A DNA stretch of 64,000 nt, taken from the NCBI GenBank assembly GCA_020425605.1, contig JAGQRH010000001.1, positions 92,650 through 156,649 of the forward strand. The letters run 5' to 3'. A program made the position numbers and the translations under genes. This DNA comes from Planctomycetota bacterium. Lineage in GTDB: Bacteria > Planctomycetota > UBA8742 > UBA2392. Under the pieces are notes generated by a model, which made no database searches, was not told the DNA's origin, and saw only the letters and a program-made list of their open reading frames with translations. Position 1 is the first letter of the stretch; every line of letters starts with the position of its first letter. Positions 33,427 through 42,936 of this stretch are shown in pieces.

Positions 33427-35220
33427 CTAGTGGTTCGTGCCGAATTCGGTCGTGCTGACGAGCGCGTAGAACAGATCCTCGAATCCCAGCTGCTCGGCCG
33501 TGCCGCTCTGCTTCAGGTCCTTTAAGTAATCCTGCGTGCGGTGCAACTCGGTCAGTGTAGGCCGACGCGACAGGATCGACAGATACATGGCCTCAATGCG
33601 ATCATCCAGCTCTTTGTAGTCGCGCATGATCGCGTACACGAGCGAGCCGTTGCGCGAATCGCTCAGGCGGCGGGTGACTTCGCCGTTCAGGATGCTGAGC
33701 GCCTGGTCGACGCTCAGTGCGAACGTGTCGCTCTGCATGCGCTCGTCGTCGCTGTTCAGCGCTGAGTACTGCGCAGCCAGCCCGCGCCGCAGTCTCCAGT
33801 CCGCACCCATCTTCTCGATCCAGCCTTCGTAGGTCTTCAGCAGTTCATCGTCGTAGACAGCCTGGTAGTCACCTTCCGGATTCTCTTTTTTCTGCATGTC
33901 CTGGAAGGTCTTGAACTGGCGCAGCCGCTCATAGGCCGTGACATTCTTGCGCGCGAACGACTTCAGCATCGAGTCTCCGTCACGCATGCTGAAGAGTGCG
34001 CCGAAGAACTGCTCCGGAGTGAGCTGGCGGGTGTGTGCGCTGGCGAAATGCCATTTCTCCGCGCCTGCCACCTCATCGCCGGAGAGCTGGTAGGCGCGCG
34101 TATTCAGGATTGCCCGGTACAGCTTCTTGACGCTGTAGCCGTGGCTGGCGAACCAGTCGCCCATACTTGCCAGCAGCTCTGGATGACTGGCTTCGTTCAG
34201 GCTGTTGAAGTCGTCAACCGGGTTCACGAAGCCCTGGCCGAACAGGAAGCTCCAGTAGCGGTTTACCAGATATTGCCGCGCCGTTTTGTTCTTGGGCGAA
34301 GTCAGCCACGTGGCGTAGATCTTGCGCCACAGAACGGTGTCTCGTGATTTGACGGGCGTATCGCCCAGCAGCTGGGGCTTGTCGTAAGTAAGCAGGTCAT
34401 CGATCCGGTTCAGTGCTTCGGGCGGCAGATCGGGTGACTTGGCGTAGGCCTCGATCAGGTTGCGCGGCAAGATCGGCTTGGTCTCAATGCGCGGGTCAAC
34501 CGGCTGGGTGTAGAAGTCAGCAGCGACCTCAATGCCCGTGAAGAAGCTTGCCAGGCCGACGAACGACTCCTGTGTCCAGGCCTCTTCATACGGGTGATCG
34601 TGGCACTCCGCGCACTGGATCTGGATGCCTGCGAAGTTCTTGCTGGTCAGCCCCGCCATGTTCGGTGAGCGCGCGGGCAGGCCCATCAGCGCATAGTACG
34701 CAGCGGCAGGGTTCTTCGAGATCGGCCCTTCGGCCAGCACCATCGCGTTGATGGTCTCATTGAAGCCGGCATCTTTGTTGAATTGCTCCGCCAGCCAGAC
34801 GGCCAGGACTTCGCCCGCCGACACGCCAAGATCGCCGAAGTCGTTTCCGCGTTCGCGCAGGATGGGCATCCACAAGTCGGCGAGATGCCGGCCGAAGCGT
34901 GGGTCATCCAGCAGCCGGTCGATCAGCCGGGCGCGCTTGTCGAGTCGCTTGTCATCGAGGAATTCGCGTGCTTCTTCGCGTGTCGGGGGCAGCCCGACGG
35001 TGTCGAGGTAGACGCGGCGCAGGAACACGTCGTCGAGCGCAAGTTTCGCAGGTTTGACTTCGTCGCGCTGCCAGACTTTCGCAAGCTCGGAATCGATGGT
35101 GTCACTGAGTGCCTGGACGGCGTCAGCCTTGTCGGCTGAGACCGTCGTCGGGGCATCACTGAAACCCAGCGCCGCGAACACGGCGGCAGCAGTCGCAAAT
35201 GCAAGGCAACGTGTGAGCAT
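33427..35220 (-). CDS. DUF1549/DUF1553 domain protein
   Basis: FLRRVYLDTVG.PPT, KRARLIDRLL, IQCAECHDHP, VNRYW..LFG.GFV.PVDD, SHPELL and LSRRPT motifs. Confidence 0.93.
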   Translation of the reverse strand: MLTRCLAFATAAAVFAALGFSDAPTTVSADKADAVQALSDTIDSELAKVWQRDEVKPAKLALDDVFLRRVYLDTVGLPPTREEAREFLDDKRLDKRARLIDRLLDDPRFGRHLADLWMPILRERGNDFGDLGVSAGEVLAVWLAEQFNKDAGFNETINAMVLAEGPISKNPAAAYYALMGLPARSPNMAGLTSKNFAGIQIQCAECHDHPYEEAWTQESFVGLASFFTGIEVAADFYTQPVDPRIETKPILPRNLIEAYAKSPDLPPEALNRIDDLLTYDKPQLLGDTPVKSRDTVLWRKIYATWLTSPKNKTARQYLVNRYWSFLFGQGFVNPVDDFNSLNEASHPELLASMGDWFASHGYSVKKLYRAILNTRAYQLSGDEVAGAEKWHFASAHTRQLTPEQFFGALFSMRDGDSMLKSFARKNVTAYERLRQFKTFQDMQKKENPEGDYQAVYDDELLKTYEGWIEKMGADWRLRRGLAAQYSALNSDDERMQSDTFALSVDQALSILNGEVTRRLSDSRNGSLVYAIMRDYKELDDRIEAMYLSILSRRPTLTELHRTQDYLKDLKQSGTAEQLGFEDLFYALVSTTEFGTNH

Positions 35221-35276
35221 GATGGCCCCGAGTTTAGCAGGATCTGGCCATTCTTGCCGAAAGTCGCGGACTGATT

Positions 35277-35861
35277 TCAGCTCTTCTGGCGCCCCTCGAT
35301 CGCGGCGAGCATCACGGCCGCAGCCACGCCCAGGCGGCGATCAAGCCAGCCCTCTGTGTCGCCGCTGAAATCGATATCGATCTTTGCGACGAACGGATTG
35401 AAGCGTTGCTTGAACACCATGACCGGGCGTCCCTGGATGTCGCCGTGGAACGTCTGCGGGATCAGGTTTGACAGGAAGCGGCGCAGCAGTGCCATGCCCA
35501 TGCTGTCTTCGAGGATCGTGCCGATCTGCTGGTCATTTACGTCGAGGATATGCCACTCATCGCGGAAGATGGACGCCATGCCCTTGCGGCGGAGCGCGCC
35601 TACTTTCTGCTGCGCGATCTGGTCATAGACGTCGTATGTCATGCCGAAGTCCAGTACGCCGCGCGCCTGAATCCAGAGCACTTCCTGCGTCATGGACTCA
35701 TCCTTGAACACGCGGATGTCTTCCTTGAGCTTGAAGGCTTTCTGTTTGGTGTAGAAGACGAGGTTTCCGGCCGGGTCATAGATGTGGAACTGTTGGCCCA
35801 GGAACGCAAAGACCTTCTTGCGGATCATCAGGTGATTGTGCTGGAAGCCCTCGTAGCTCAT
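35277..35861 (-). CDS. LURP-one/scramblase (Tubby-like) family protein
   Basis: RKKVFAFLG.QFHIYD, KQKAFKLKEDIRVF, S.FRDEW and RRLG.AAAV motifs. Confidence 0.8.
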   Translation of the reverse strand: MSYEGFQHNHLMIRKKVFAFLGQQFHIYDPAGNLVFYTKQKAFKLKEDIRVFKDESMTQEVLWIQARGVLDFGMTYDVYDQIAQQKVGALRRKGMASIFRDEWHILDVNDQQIGTILEDSMGMALLRRFLSNLIPQTFHGDIQGRPVMVFKQRFNPFVAKIDIDFSGDTEGWLDRRLGVAAAVMLAAIEGRQKS

Positions 35862-35928
35862 GTCGTTCCTTTCGTTGTTGCCACAGAGGTTAATCACTGA
35901 GCCAGCGGTGACCAGAGCGAACAAATTG

Positions 35929-35967
35929 CAACGCCGTAGAAAGCCGTTGCGGCCTTCTACGGCGTTG
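35929..35967. terminator. Hairpin after the selenoprotein gene
   Basis: caacgccgtagaa...ttctacggcgttg 13-bp stem; no clear U tract. Confidence 0.45.
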
Positions 35968-35977
35968 TAAGTGTGAG

Positions 35978-37228
35978 CTACCAGGGTCGTGCTTTGAGCT
36001 TGAAGCTGAACTCCAGCTTCTTGCCGTTGCGTAGCACCTTGATCGTGATGGTGTCGCCGGCGTCCTTGTTCAGCCGGATCCAGGTAGTCGGGTTGGTTGT
36101 GTATTCAATCGTCGTGAGGTCATCGACGGCATACACGACATCGCCCACCTGAACGCCCGCGGCCTGCGCGTTGGTCTTGACCCAGAACTTGGTGATCTCA
36201 AGCCCGAACTCATCTTCCTTGATGCCGAGCTTGCGCTTTTCCGACTTGTCCAGTTCTTTGCCCCAGAACTCGGGGAAGGGCTCAAGTGCGTGGGTACCGG
36301 CGCGGCGCGCGATGTCGGTGACGCGCCACCACTTGTCGAGCGGCAACTCAAGGTCGACTTCTTCATCCTTGCGCTGGACGGTCAGCTTGAGCGTCTTTGA
36401 TTCCATCGGGTGCATATTCAGGGCGTACTGAAGGTCGCCAAACGTCAGGACTCTCTGACCCTCCAGTTTGATGATCTCGTCCTTCTTCTTGAGCCCGGCG
36501 TCCTTGGCTACTCCCTCCACGCCGTCAATCTCCAGCCCCTTTTTCGGGTCGATCTGCACGCCAAGGCGCTTGATGTCCGGGTAGATCCACATGTCCTTCA
36601 GTCGGTCGAGCTTGCCCTGGCCCTGGAGCATCTTTGTCTTTGCCTGCCCGAGGTGATGGCAGTGGACACACTTGCCCTTGGCAATCTCGTCGTTCTTGAT
36701 GTCCGGGTAGTCGCGCGGGAAGAACGGGTCCGGCCGTTTCGGCTTGGGCGCGTCGGCGGCCTTCTGTTTCTCGTGCTGCTCAAGGCCACGTTCCAGTGCG
36801 GTTTCAAGAGACTCTGCGTTCAGGAACGTCTCAGCGCTCTCGTCGTCTCGTCCGCCGAAGCGCATATAGATCTGCTCGTCGGCATTGAGGATGAAGCAGT
36901 AGAGCGTCGAGTCCGGATCGAATTCGAACAGGCCGATGTCCACGCCGGTCAGGTCCGCGATTCGGATGCAGACATAGTCGCGCAGTAGCTTGGCAATCTT
37001 ACCCCGTGGGTTGACCAACTGGTCATGGAAGGCTCGGCAAGGCACTCACGGGACGCATCGGAACTCAAGGAAGATCGGCTTGTCTTCCGCGCGTGCCTTC
37101 TCGAGCCCGGCCTTGTAGTCGGTGATCCATTCAAAGCCACCCGCATCAACAGTTTCGGGCGGCGTGCTTGCCCACCACGCGCCGATCATGGCGAGCGTGA
37201 GCAGCAGGCTGACAGCCATGCGCTTCAT
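35978..37228 (-). CDS. Exported thioredoxin-like (CxxUxxC) / CxxCH / double-PDZ selenoprotein, read through UGA at 37046-37048
   Basis: Signal peptide; W.TDY.AGL..A....KPIFLEFRCVP-UGA-VPCRAF in frame; CVHCH; two PDZ-like regions; joins ORFs 37046..37384 and 35978..37045. Confidence 0.82.
36993..37045 (-). promoter_or_regulatory. Candidate bacterial SECIS element
   Basis: UGACC-AGUU-GGUCA apical hairpin, loop 25 nt after the UGA with G at loop position 2; lower CUUGCC/GGUAAG pairing. Confidence 0.6.
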
Positions 37229-37304
37229 TGGTTTCTCCATGTGCCTCAACCCCCTTTCGGGGGTCCTCGAACATTTGAATGTAGCTTTGAGGGCAACCGG
37301 GCCA

Positions 37305-37342
37305 GAAAAAACGCAAATCGCCCCGCACTGCGGGGCGATTGC
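37305..37342 (-). terminator. Rho-independent terminator
   Basis: aatcgccccgc-agt-gcggggcgatt then tgcgttttttc on the minus strand. Confidence 0.8.
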
Positions 37343-37385
37343 ATGGGCGCCTACTTGCCGTTGTGGGCGGGGCCACCATCCCACA

Positions 37386-39053
37386 CTAGCCCTGCGGGTG
37401 AACGAGCAACTTCGATTTCAACTCGGCCGGGTTGCGAGCGTCGATGTACAGCGCGTGAGTCAGTTTTCCGTTGCGCTGGTCACTTTTGACGCCGTGATTG
37501 TATTCGCCGACGGCGAGCAGGAAGCGTCCCGGGAAGGGCAACACAACATCGAAGCGACCTTCGCTTTCGTCGTAATTCCAGCGTCCGTAGTACCAGCGTG
37601 CGTACTCTGGCCAGTGCTCAGTCGGCTCTTGCCCAATGGCTTCAGCAAGCTTGCACGCGCCTTGGTCTCCAAACGTATGTCCGGGCTCGAAGGGACCGGT
37701 ACCGCGCGTCTGGTAGGAGTTGAAAAAGTCATCCAGATGGATATCACCTTTTGCCAAACGCCGGTCGTACATTGCTGGCTGAAAGCCGTAGATCAGTGCC
37801 TTGTGGACGTCACTCCAGTCGTTGAAATCCGGCCATTCCTCGGGCACGGGGATAAGATCGAAGCCTGCATCAAGAATAACGGATTCCCGACGTTCATTCG
37901 CGCCCAGTTTCAAGACTTCCGGGTGCGGTAGGGTTTCCCAGACAGAAACAAGCAGCTCGCGCGCCTTGAGCGTCACCTCTATCGGATTTGTTGTATCCTC
38001 TAGTGCCGAGCGTTCGAGCAAGACGGGCACATACCCTGGCGCGGACACGACGAAGAACTTCTCTTGAATCTTGTCATGCTCACCAACGTCGACCAGTTCG
38101 CTGGGCCACGGGTAGCGCAAGACTCCGATGTCACTGGAACGCCCCAAGATCTGAACCCCATCGCAGGTCAGCATTGCGCCCGAGACGGGCCGGCCCGCCA
38201 CATTCCTCACGAGGATTTGATGAACATCGGCATAGTCGACTGGGAAGACACGAAGGCGAGGCCGCGCCTCGCCCGTCACCAGAATCTGGTGGCGCAGACT
38301 GTTAAGACCGCCGTGGGTACGCACACAGCCCGCCTGTCCAATCACGGCCTCAACGGGCAGCATATTGGGGCCAGTGATGCGCAGACCAATAATGTCGGAA
38401 CGACGGTAGGAGTATGGAATAACGAAGGCGACTTCATCCTTGCGTGCGTCACTGGTGTAGACCAACGCGCCATCGTGGGAGGTTGCCTCGGCGATACTTC
38501 CCTTCCTCCATCCCATTGATTGGTCGTGATCCACCCACCGAGGCCGGATCGCCAGCATTCCGTCCGGCTGCATTGGGTCGAAGAAATCGCCCATGCCGAA
38601 GCTCTTCGGGGTCTGTCGATAGGCCCAAACGTCCAGAAAAACCGGAGTGCCAAGGTACTCATTTTGCGGTTTAGGTCTGGCAGCATCTAAACGAGCCCGA
38701 GGCGACCGCCACGCGAGCCGCGTATTCGTGAAATCGTCTGGGTTCCAAGCGATAACTTCCGGTGGGTCTGAAAGCCATCGCTCTTCATCGTTTTCCGCAG
38801 GCTTCCCAGTGCCACTGTCCTTGCCAACACTGCCCGATCCACTTGAATTGGTGGAACTGGCGTTTAGCGGCGCCGGTTGATTCGAGTCCGTGCTGTCGGA
38901 GCCATTAGCCAAGCGGGACCTTGTGCTACCGCACGCCGTGCCCGACTGAAAAACAGGCGTGTTGCCGTCCGCCGACAAAATCAACCACACGGCAGCCAAG
39001 GCCAGCAGGACCAAAACGGCAATAGCCGGGAACCATTTTTGGCGCACTTTCAT
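37386..39053 (-). CDS. Membrane-anchored beta-rich hypothetical protein (carboxypeptidase-regulatory-like folds)
   Basis: N-terminal TM, Ser/Asn/Gly linker, GRPVSGA.L...G and V.APGYVP patterns; TAATG overlap with the RTX gene. Confidence 0.65.
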   Translation of the reverse strand: MKVRQKWFPAIAVLVLLALAAVWLILSADGNTPVFQSGTACGSTRSRLANGSDSTDSNQPAPLNASSTNSSGSGSVGKDSGTGKPAENDEERWLSDPPEVIAWNPDDFTNTRLAWRSPRARLDAARPKPQNEYLGTPVFLDVWAYRQTPKSFGMGDFFDPMQPDGMLAIRPRWVDHDQSMGWRKGSIAEATSHDGALVYTSDARKDEVAFVIPYSYRRSDIIGLRITGPNMLPVEAVIGQAGCVRTHGGLNSLRHQILVTGEARPRLRVFPVDYADVHQILVRNVAGRPVSGAMLTCDGVQILGRSSDIGVLRYPWPSELVDVGEHDKIQEKFFVVSAPGYVPVLLERSALEDTTNPIEVTLKARELLVSVWETLPHPEVLKLGANERRESVILDAGFDLIPVPEEWPDFNDWSDVHKALIYGFQPAMYDRRLAKGDIHLDDFFNSYQTRGTGPFEPGHTFGDQGACKLAEAIGQEPTEHWPEYARWYYGRWNYDESEGRFDVVLPFPGRFLLAVGEYNHGVKSDQRNGKLTHALYIDARNPAELKSKLLVHPQG

Positions 39054-40972
39054 TACGCACTCGGGGGCTTGTTGGCCGTGCTCAGGTTCAAGCCAGATCC
39101 CTGAACATCAAGGGGCTCGGGCGGATCCGCCCAATCGGGAGTGAGGTCGTTGTCGTCCACATAGAACGTGTCATTATCACCCCCGCCTTCTGCCGAATCG
39201 AAGTTTGTGGAGGGATTGTCGTAGCAGTCCAGCGTGTCCTCTCCGGCACCGCCATTGAGCGTGTCCACATAGCCACCGCTGCGGTCGATCAAAATGTCGT
39301 CGCCGTTTTCGCCATACAACTCATCCTGCCCATCGCCGCCGTCGATTTGGTCGTCGCCGTTCGTGTCGCCTTGGCTCGTGCCGTCACCACCGTAGAGGTG
39401 ATCGTTGCCGTCATCACCCCAGATCAGATCGCTGCCGTCATTGCCGTAAACATAGTCCGCACCACCCCATCCGGCGAGGAAATCGTCTCCGCCTCCGCCA
39501 TAGATGTGATCGCCGTCGTCGCCGCCGCTGATCACATCCGCGCCCTCCTGGACGTACAGGGGCGAACCGCTCCAGTCGCCGTAGAGATAGTCTGCGCCAG
39601 CCATTCCAAAGAGTAAGTCGGCGCCTCCTTCACCGTAAAGAAAGTCGTTGTCGGCGTCGCCGTACATTTGATCGTTTCCGCCGGACTCGCCGCCGCCGAA
39701 GTTTATGGCCAACCCAGTTTCACCGTACATCGTGTCATCGCCGTCTCCGCCGTACATGTTGTCGTCGCCGAGACCTCCATAAAGAATGTCGTTTCCATCC
39801 TCCCCGGTAATCCACTTCCCGCTGCCACTTTCATCCCCGTCGTTGCCGTAGCAGACATCGGCCCCCGGGCTGGAACCACCGGTAGCGCCACCGTCCCCCT
39901 CAATAAGGTCGTCCCCTTCGCCACCATCAAGGGTGTCGCTTCCGCCGCATCCACTTATCACATCGTTGCTCTTGCCACCGTAGAAAACCTGATCGTTCCC
40001 CATACCGCAGTTGATGTCGAACGAACCGTTGCTGTCGTAGATGTAAATCCAGTCATTGTGGGCGTTCGTCGACTCGTCCAATTGCCACTCGCCATACACG
40101 ACACCGTTGTTCTGCTCCAAGTGGATTTTGTCCGCACCGCCTCCGCCGTAGATTTTGACTTCGCCGACGGCAGAGGCGACATAGATGTCATCCGCGTCCG
40201 GGCCTGCGTGGACAGTATCATCGCCGCCACCAGTCCAAATATCGTCCTCTCCGCCGTCGGTATGGTCGCCGGCGGTATACTGGTCGCCGAAGATCGTATC
40301 GTGGTCCGGACCTCCATATATCTTGTCGAAGCTCGTATCTCCGCTACCGGAGCTTGTCCCACCTACGGCCACTTGGCCCGTGCCATTGCCGAGAATGATC
40401 CAATCGCCACCTTTGCCGCCGTATATCTCGTCCGCGTCGTCTTCGCCCCAAATGCGGTCGTCGTTGTCTTGGCCATCCGCTTGATCAACACCCGCGCCGC
40501 AAAGGACGATGTCGTTGCCTGCGCCGCCCAGGATCGTGTCTCCATCGTCCATGCCAAACAGGAAGTCTGCGCCTGGCCCGCCCACTATTTCATCGGCGCC
40601 GCCAAAGCCAAAGATGACCGCCCGTTCCTCGGAACCCAGTCCGGTTGCATCCAGATAGTCGGCCCCACTGGTACCGAACCATATGCGATATGGGCTGGCC
40701 TCAAGGGGACCGATTGTTTCACTGCCGGCTTCGCCGTCATCAATGGTCTCTTCTCCGACGACGACTTCGTATGCGTACGGCGGAGATCCCGACAGTCCCT
40801 GAATCGTGATTACGTAGTCTTCAATTGTTACCGTGAGCGTACCGCTGTCATAGCTCCAGAATCCGGAGCCTACGACATCGTCGGGCGTCGGCGGAGATTG
40901 TGTAACTATGGACGGTCTGTCTGCCGTTCCGGAAAGTATGACGGCGCGTTTGCCGCAAATAACGCACTGCAT
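39053..40972 (-). CDS. RTX/hemolysin-type Ca-binding repeat protein
   Basis: Roughly 40 GGxGxDxLxG-like nonapeptide repeats by eye; the upstream 366 codons of the listed ORF are antisense to the ABC1 gene and not credible. Confidence 0.88.
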   Translation of the reverse strand: MQCVICGKRAVILSGTADRPSIVTQSPPTPDDVVGSGFWSYDSGTLTVTIEDYVITIQGLSGSPPYAYEVVVGEETIDDGEAGSETIGPLEASPYRIWFGTSGADYLDATGLGSEERAVIFGFGGADEIVGGPGADFLFGMDDGDTILGGAGNDIVLCGAGVDQADGQDNDDRIWGEDDADEIYGGKGGDWIILGNGTGQVAVGGTSSGSGDTSFDKIYGGPDHDTIFGDQYTAGDHTDGGEDDIWTGGGDDTVHAGPDADDIYVASAVGEVKIYGGGGADKIHLEQNNGVVYGEWQLDESTNAHNDWIYIYDSNGSFDINCGMGNDQVFYGGKSNDVISGCGGSDTLDGGEGDDLIEGDGGATGGSSPGADVCYGNDGDESGSGKWITGEDGNDILYGGLGDDNMYGGDGDDTMYGETGLAINFGGGESGGNDQMYGDADNDFLYGEGGADLLFGMAGADYLYGDWSGSPLYVQEGADVISGGDDGDHIYGGGGDDFLAGWGGADYVYGNDGSDLIWGDDGNDHLYGGDGTSQGDTNGDDQIDGGDGQDELYGENGDDILIDRSGGYVDTLNGGAGEDTLDCYDNPSTNFDSAEGGGDNDTFYVDDNDLTPDWADPPEPLDVQGSGLNLSTANKPPSA

Positions 40973-41016
40973 GAAAGCGCGAGCGATATCAATCCTGTCG
41001 TCATGATGGAGCGCAT
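40906..41016 (-). other. 36-aa signal-peptide ORF, out of frame with the RTX body (probable frameshifted 5' end)
   Basis: GAGGGG RBS then MRSIMTTGLISLALSCSALFAANAPSYFPERQTDRP*. Confidence 0.6.
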
Positions 41017-41209
41017 GGAAGGTCCCCTCTCTAAGCGTCAAGAGAGCATCATTGCCGCAGATGAGTGTACTTGCTGGGGGCCCAGCGGGTTGGATAATTC
41101 TGCTAAGATATCTCCAGAGTGCTGCAAATTGTATGCAAAGTGTGCGGGCTGTTCGTCCTTGGGGCAGCACACTGGCCACGCCGTGTAACGGGCCTGTAAA
41201 CTGTCGCTT

Positions 41210-42874
41210 ATGAAGATCTCCCTGAAGCCGCAGCACCTGAAACGCTATCGCCAGATTGCGTCGATGATGCTGCGTTTCGGATTCTCCGAGCTGGTGCGTT
41301 CCAGCGGCCTCGAGGAGCTGCTGGGCGAAGACCTCGGACGCGTGACACAGCGCGCCCACCCCAAGCCTGAAGAGTTCGCCCGCGAACTTGAGTCGATGGG
41401 CCCTACGTTTGTGAAACTGGGACAAGTGTTGTCGACTCGCGGCGACTTGATACCCGTCGAGTACATCAAGGCGCTCACCAGCCTGCAGGACGACGTTGAG
41501 GCCGTGCCGTTCGACCAGATCGAACAAGTCGTGCTGGAGGAGTTCGGGCAGGGGGTCGCAAAGACGTTCCTTACATTCGACCCCACACCGGTCGCCGCAG
41601 CGAGCCTGGGCCAGGTGCACAAGGCAACGTTTGCGGATGGGCGGGAAGTGGCAGTGAAGGTCCAGCGGCCGGGCGTGCGCGCAAAGCTTGCGGACGACCT
41701 CGACGTACTGGATGAAGTGGCGAGCACGCTGGAGACACTGACACAGTTCGCCGAGCGCTACCGCTTCAAGAGCATCGTGGACGAGTTCCGCCGCACGCTG
41801 ATGCGTGAGCTGGACTACCGCACGGAAGCCGACAACCTGACGACGCTTGCCCGCAACCTGGCAGATTTTCCCGAATTGCTGGTGCCTCAGCCCGTGGCCG
41901 ACTTCACGACCGCCCGCGTGCTGACCATGGATTTCGTCAACGGGCGGAAGATCACCGAGCTGACCGACGAAGACCGCGCCGGTATTGACGGCAAGCACCT
42001 CGCAGAGCAGCTGCAGAACGCCTACATGAAGCAGTTTTGTATCGACGGGTTTTTCCACGCGGACCCGCATCCGGGCAACGTGATGCTGACGGGCGATGGA
42101 CGCATCGCACTACTGGACCTTGGCATGGTCGGCCGAGTCAGTGTCGAGATGCGTGAGCGACTGCTACGTCTGCTGATCGCCCTCGGTGAAGGACGCCCGG
42201 AGCAGGCCGCTGACCTGGCCGTCAAGATCGGCCACCCCGGCAGCGACTTCAAGGAGCGCGAGTTCCGCGATCGTATCAAGACAATCGTGAACGCTTACCA
42301 GGGCGCTCTGCTGGAGGGTGTTGAGCTGGGGCGCGTGGTGATGGACCTTGCCCGCTCAGCCGGCGATACGGGCATGCGCCCGCCGAGCGAACTGACCATG
42401 ATCGGCAAGGCTCTGATGAACCTGGACGAGCTAGGCCGGTCGCTGGCGCCGGACTTTGACCCGTACCAGGCGATTCGCCGCAGTGCGATTCCGCTGGTGT
42501 TGAAGATGTTGCGGCAGTCGACATCGCCCGCGTCACTGCTTGGTCGCGTGCTCGAGGTGAACGAATTCGCCAATCAGCTGCCCGGCCGGGTAAACAAGAT
42601 TCTCGATCGAGTGGCTGAGAACCGGCTTGAATTCAAGGTCCAGACGATCGACGAGAAGGAGCTGATCCAGGGTTTCCAGAAAGTCGCGAACCGGATTGCG
42701 CACGGACTGGTACTTGGCTCGATGATCGTGGGCGCCGCGATGCTGATGGGCATCAAAACCGAGTTCACGATATTCGGCTATCCGGGGTTCGCGATCCTGT
42801 TGTTCATTGCCGCGTTGGGTGGAGGTGTCGCTCTAGTGTGGGACATCTTGCGCCATGACCGTCGCACCAAGTGA
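41210..42874 (+). CDS. ABC1/AarF/UbiB family atypical kinase
   Basis: LGPTFVKLGQ.LS.R.D (here MGPT), AAASLGQVH, VAVKVQRP, GFFHADPHPGN and LLDLGMVG motifs; C-terminal TMs. Confidence 0.95.
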   Translation: MKISLKPQHLKRYRQIASMMLRFGFSELVRSSGLEELLGEDLGRVTQRAHPKPEEFARELESMGPTFVKLGQVLSTRGDLIPVEYIKALTSLQDDVEAVPFDQIEQVVLEEFGQGVAKTFLTFDPTPVAAASLGQVHKATFADGREVAVKVQRPGVRAKLADDLDVLDEVASTLETLTQFAERYRFKSIVDEFRRTLMRELDYRTEADNLTTLARNLADFPELLVPQPVADFTTARVLTMDFVNGRKITELTDEDRAGIDGKHLAEQLQNAYMKQFCIDGFFHADPHPGNVMLTGDGRIALLDLGMVGRVSVEMRERLLRLLIALGEGRPEQAADLAVKIGHPGSDFKEREFRDRIKTIVNAYQGALLEGVELGRVVMDLARSAGDTGMRPPSELTMIGKALMNLDELGRSLAPDFDPYQAIRRSAIPLVLKMLRQSTSPASLLGRVLEVNEFANQLPGRVNKILDRVAENRLEFKVQTIDEKELIQGFQKVANRIAHGLVLGSMIVGAAMLMGIKTEFTIFGYPGFAILLFIAALGGGVALVWDILRHDRRTK

Positions 42875-42936
42875 CGCGGGCGGATTGTTTTTCGGTATCG
42901 GCTGTCAGCGAGCGTCGTCCGGCGGAACCTACATAG

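Noticed and set aside
40973-42070. N-terminal 366 codons of the listed 1005-aa RTX ORF
   Set aside because: Lies antisense to the well-supported ABC1 kinase and its promoter region; the true 5' end is near 40972-41016.
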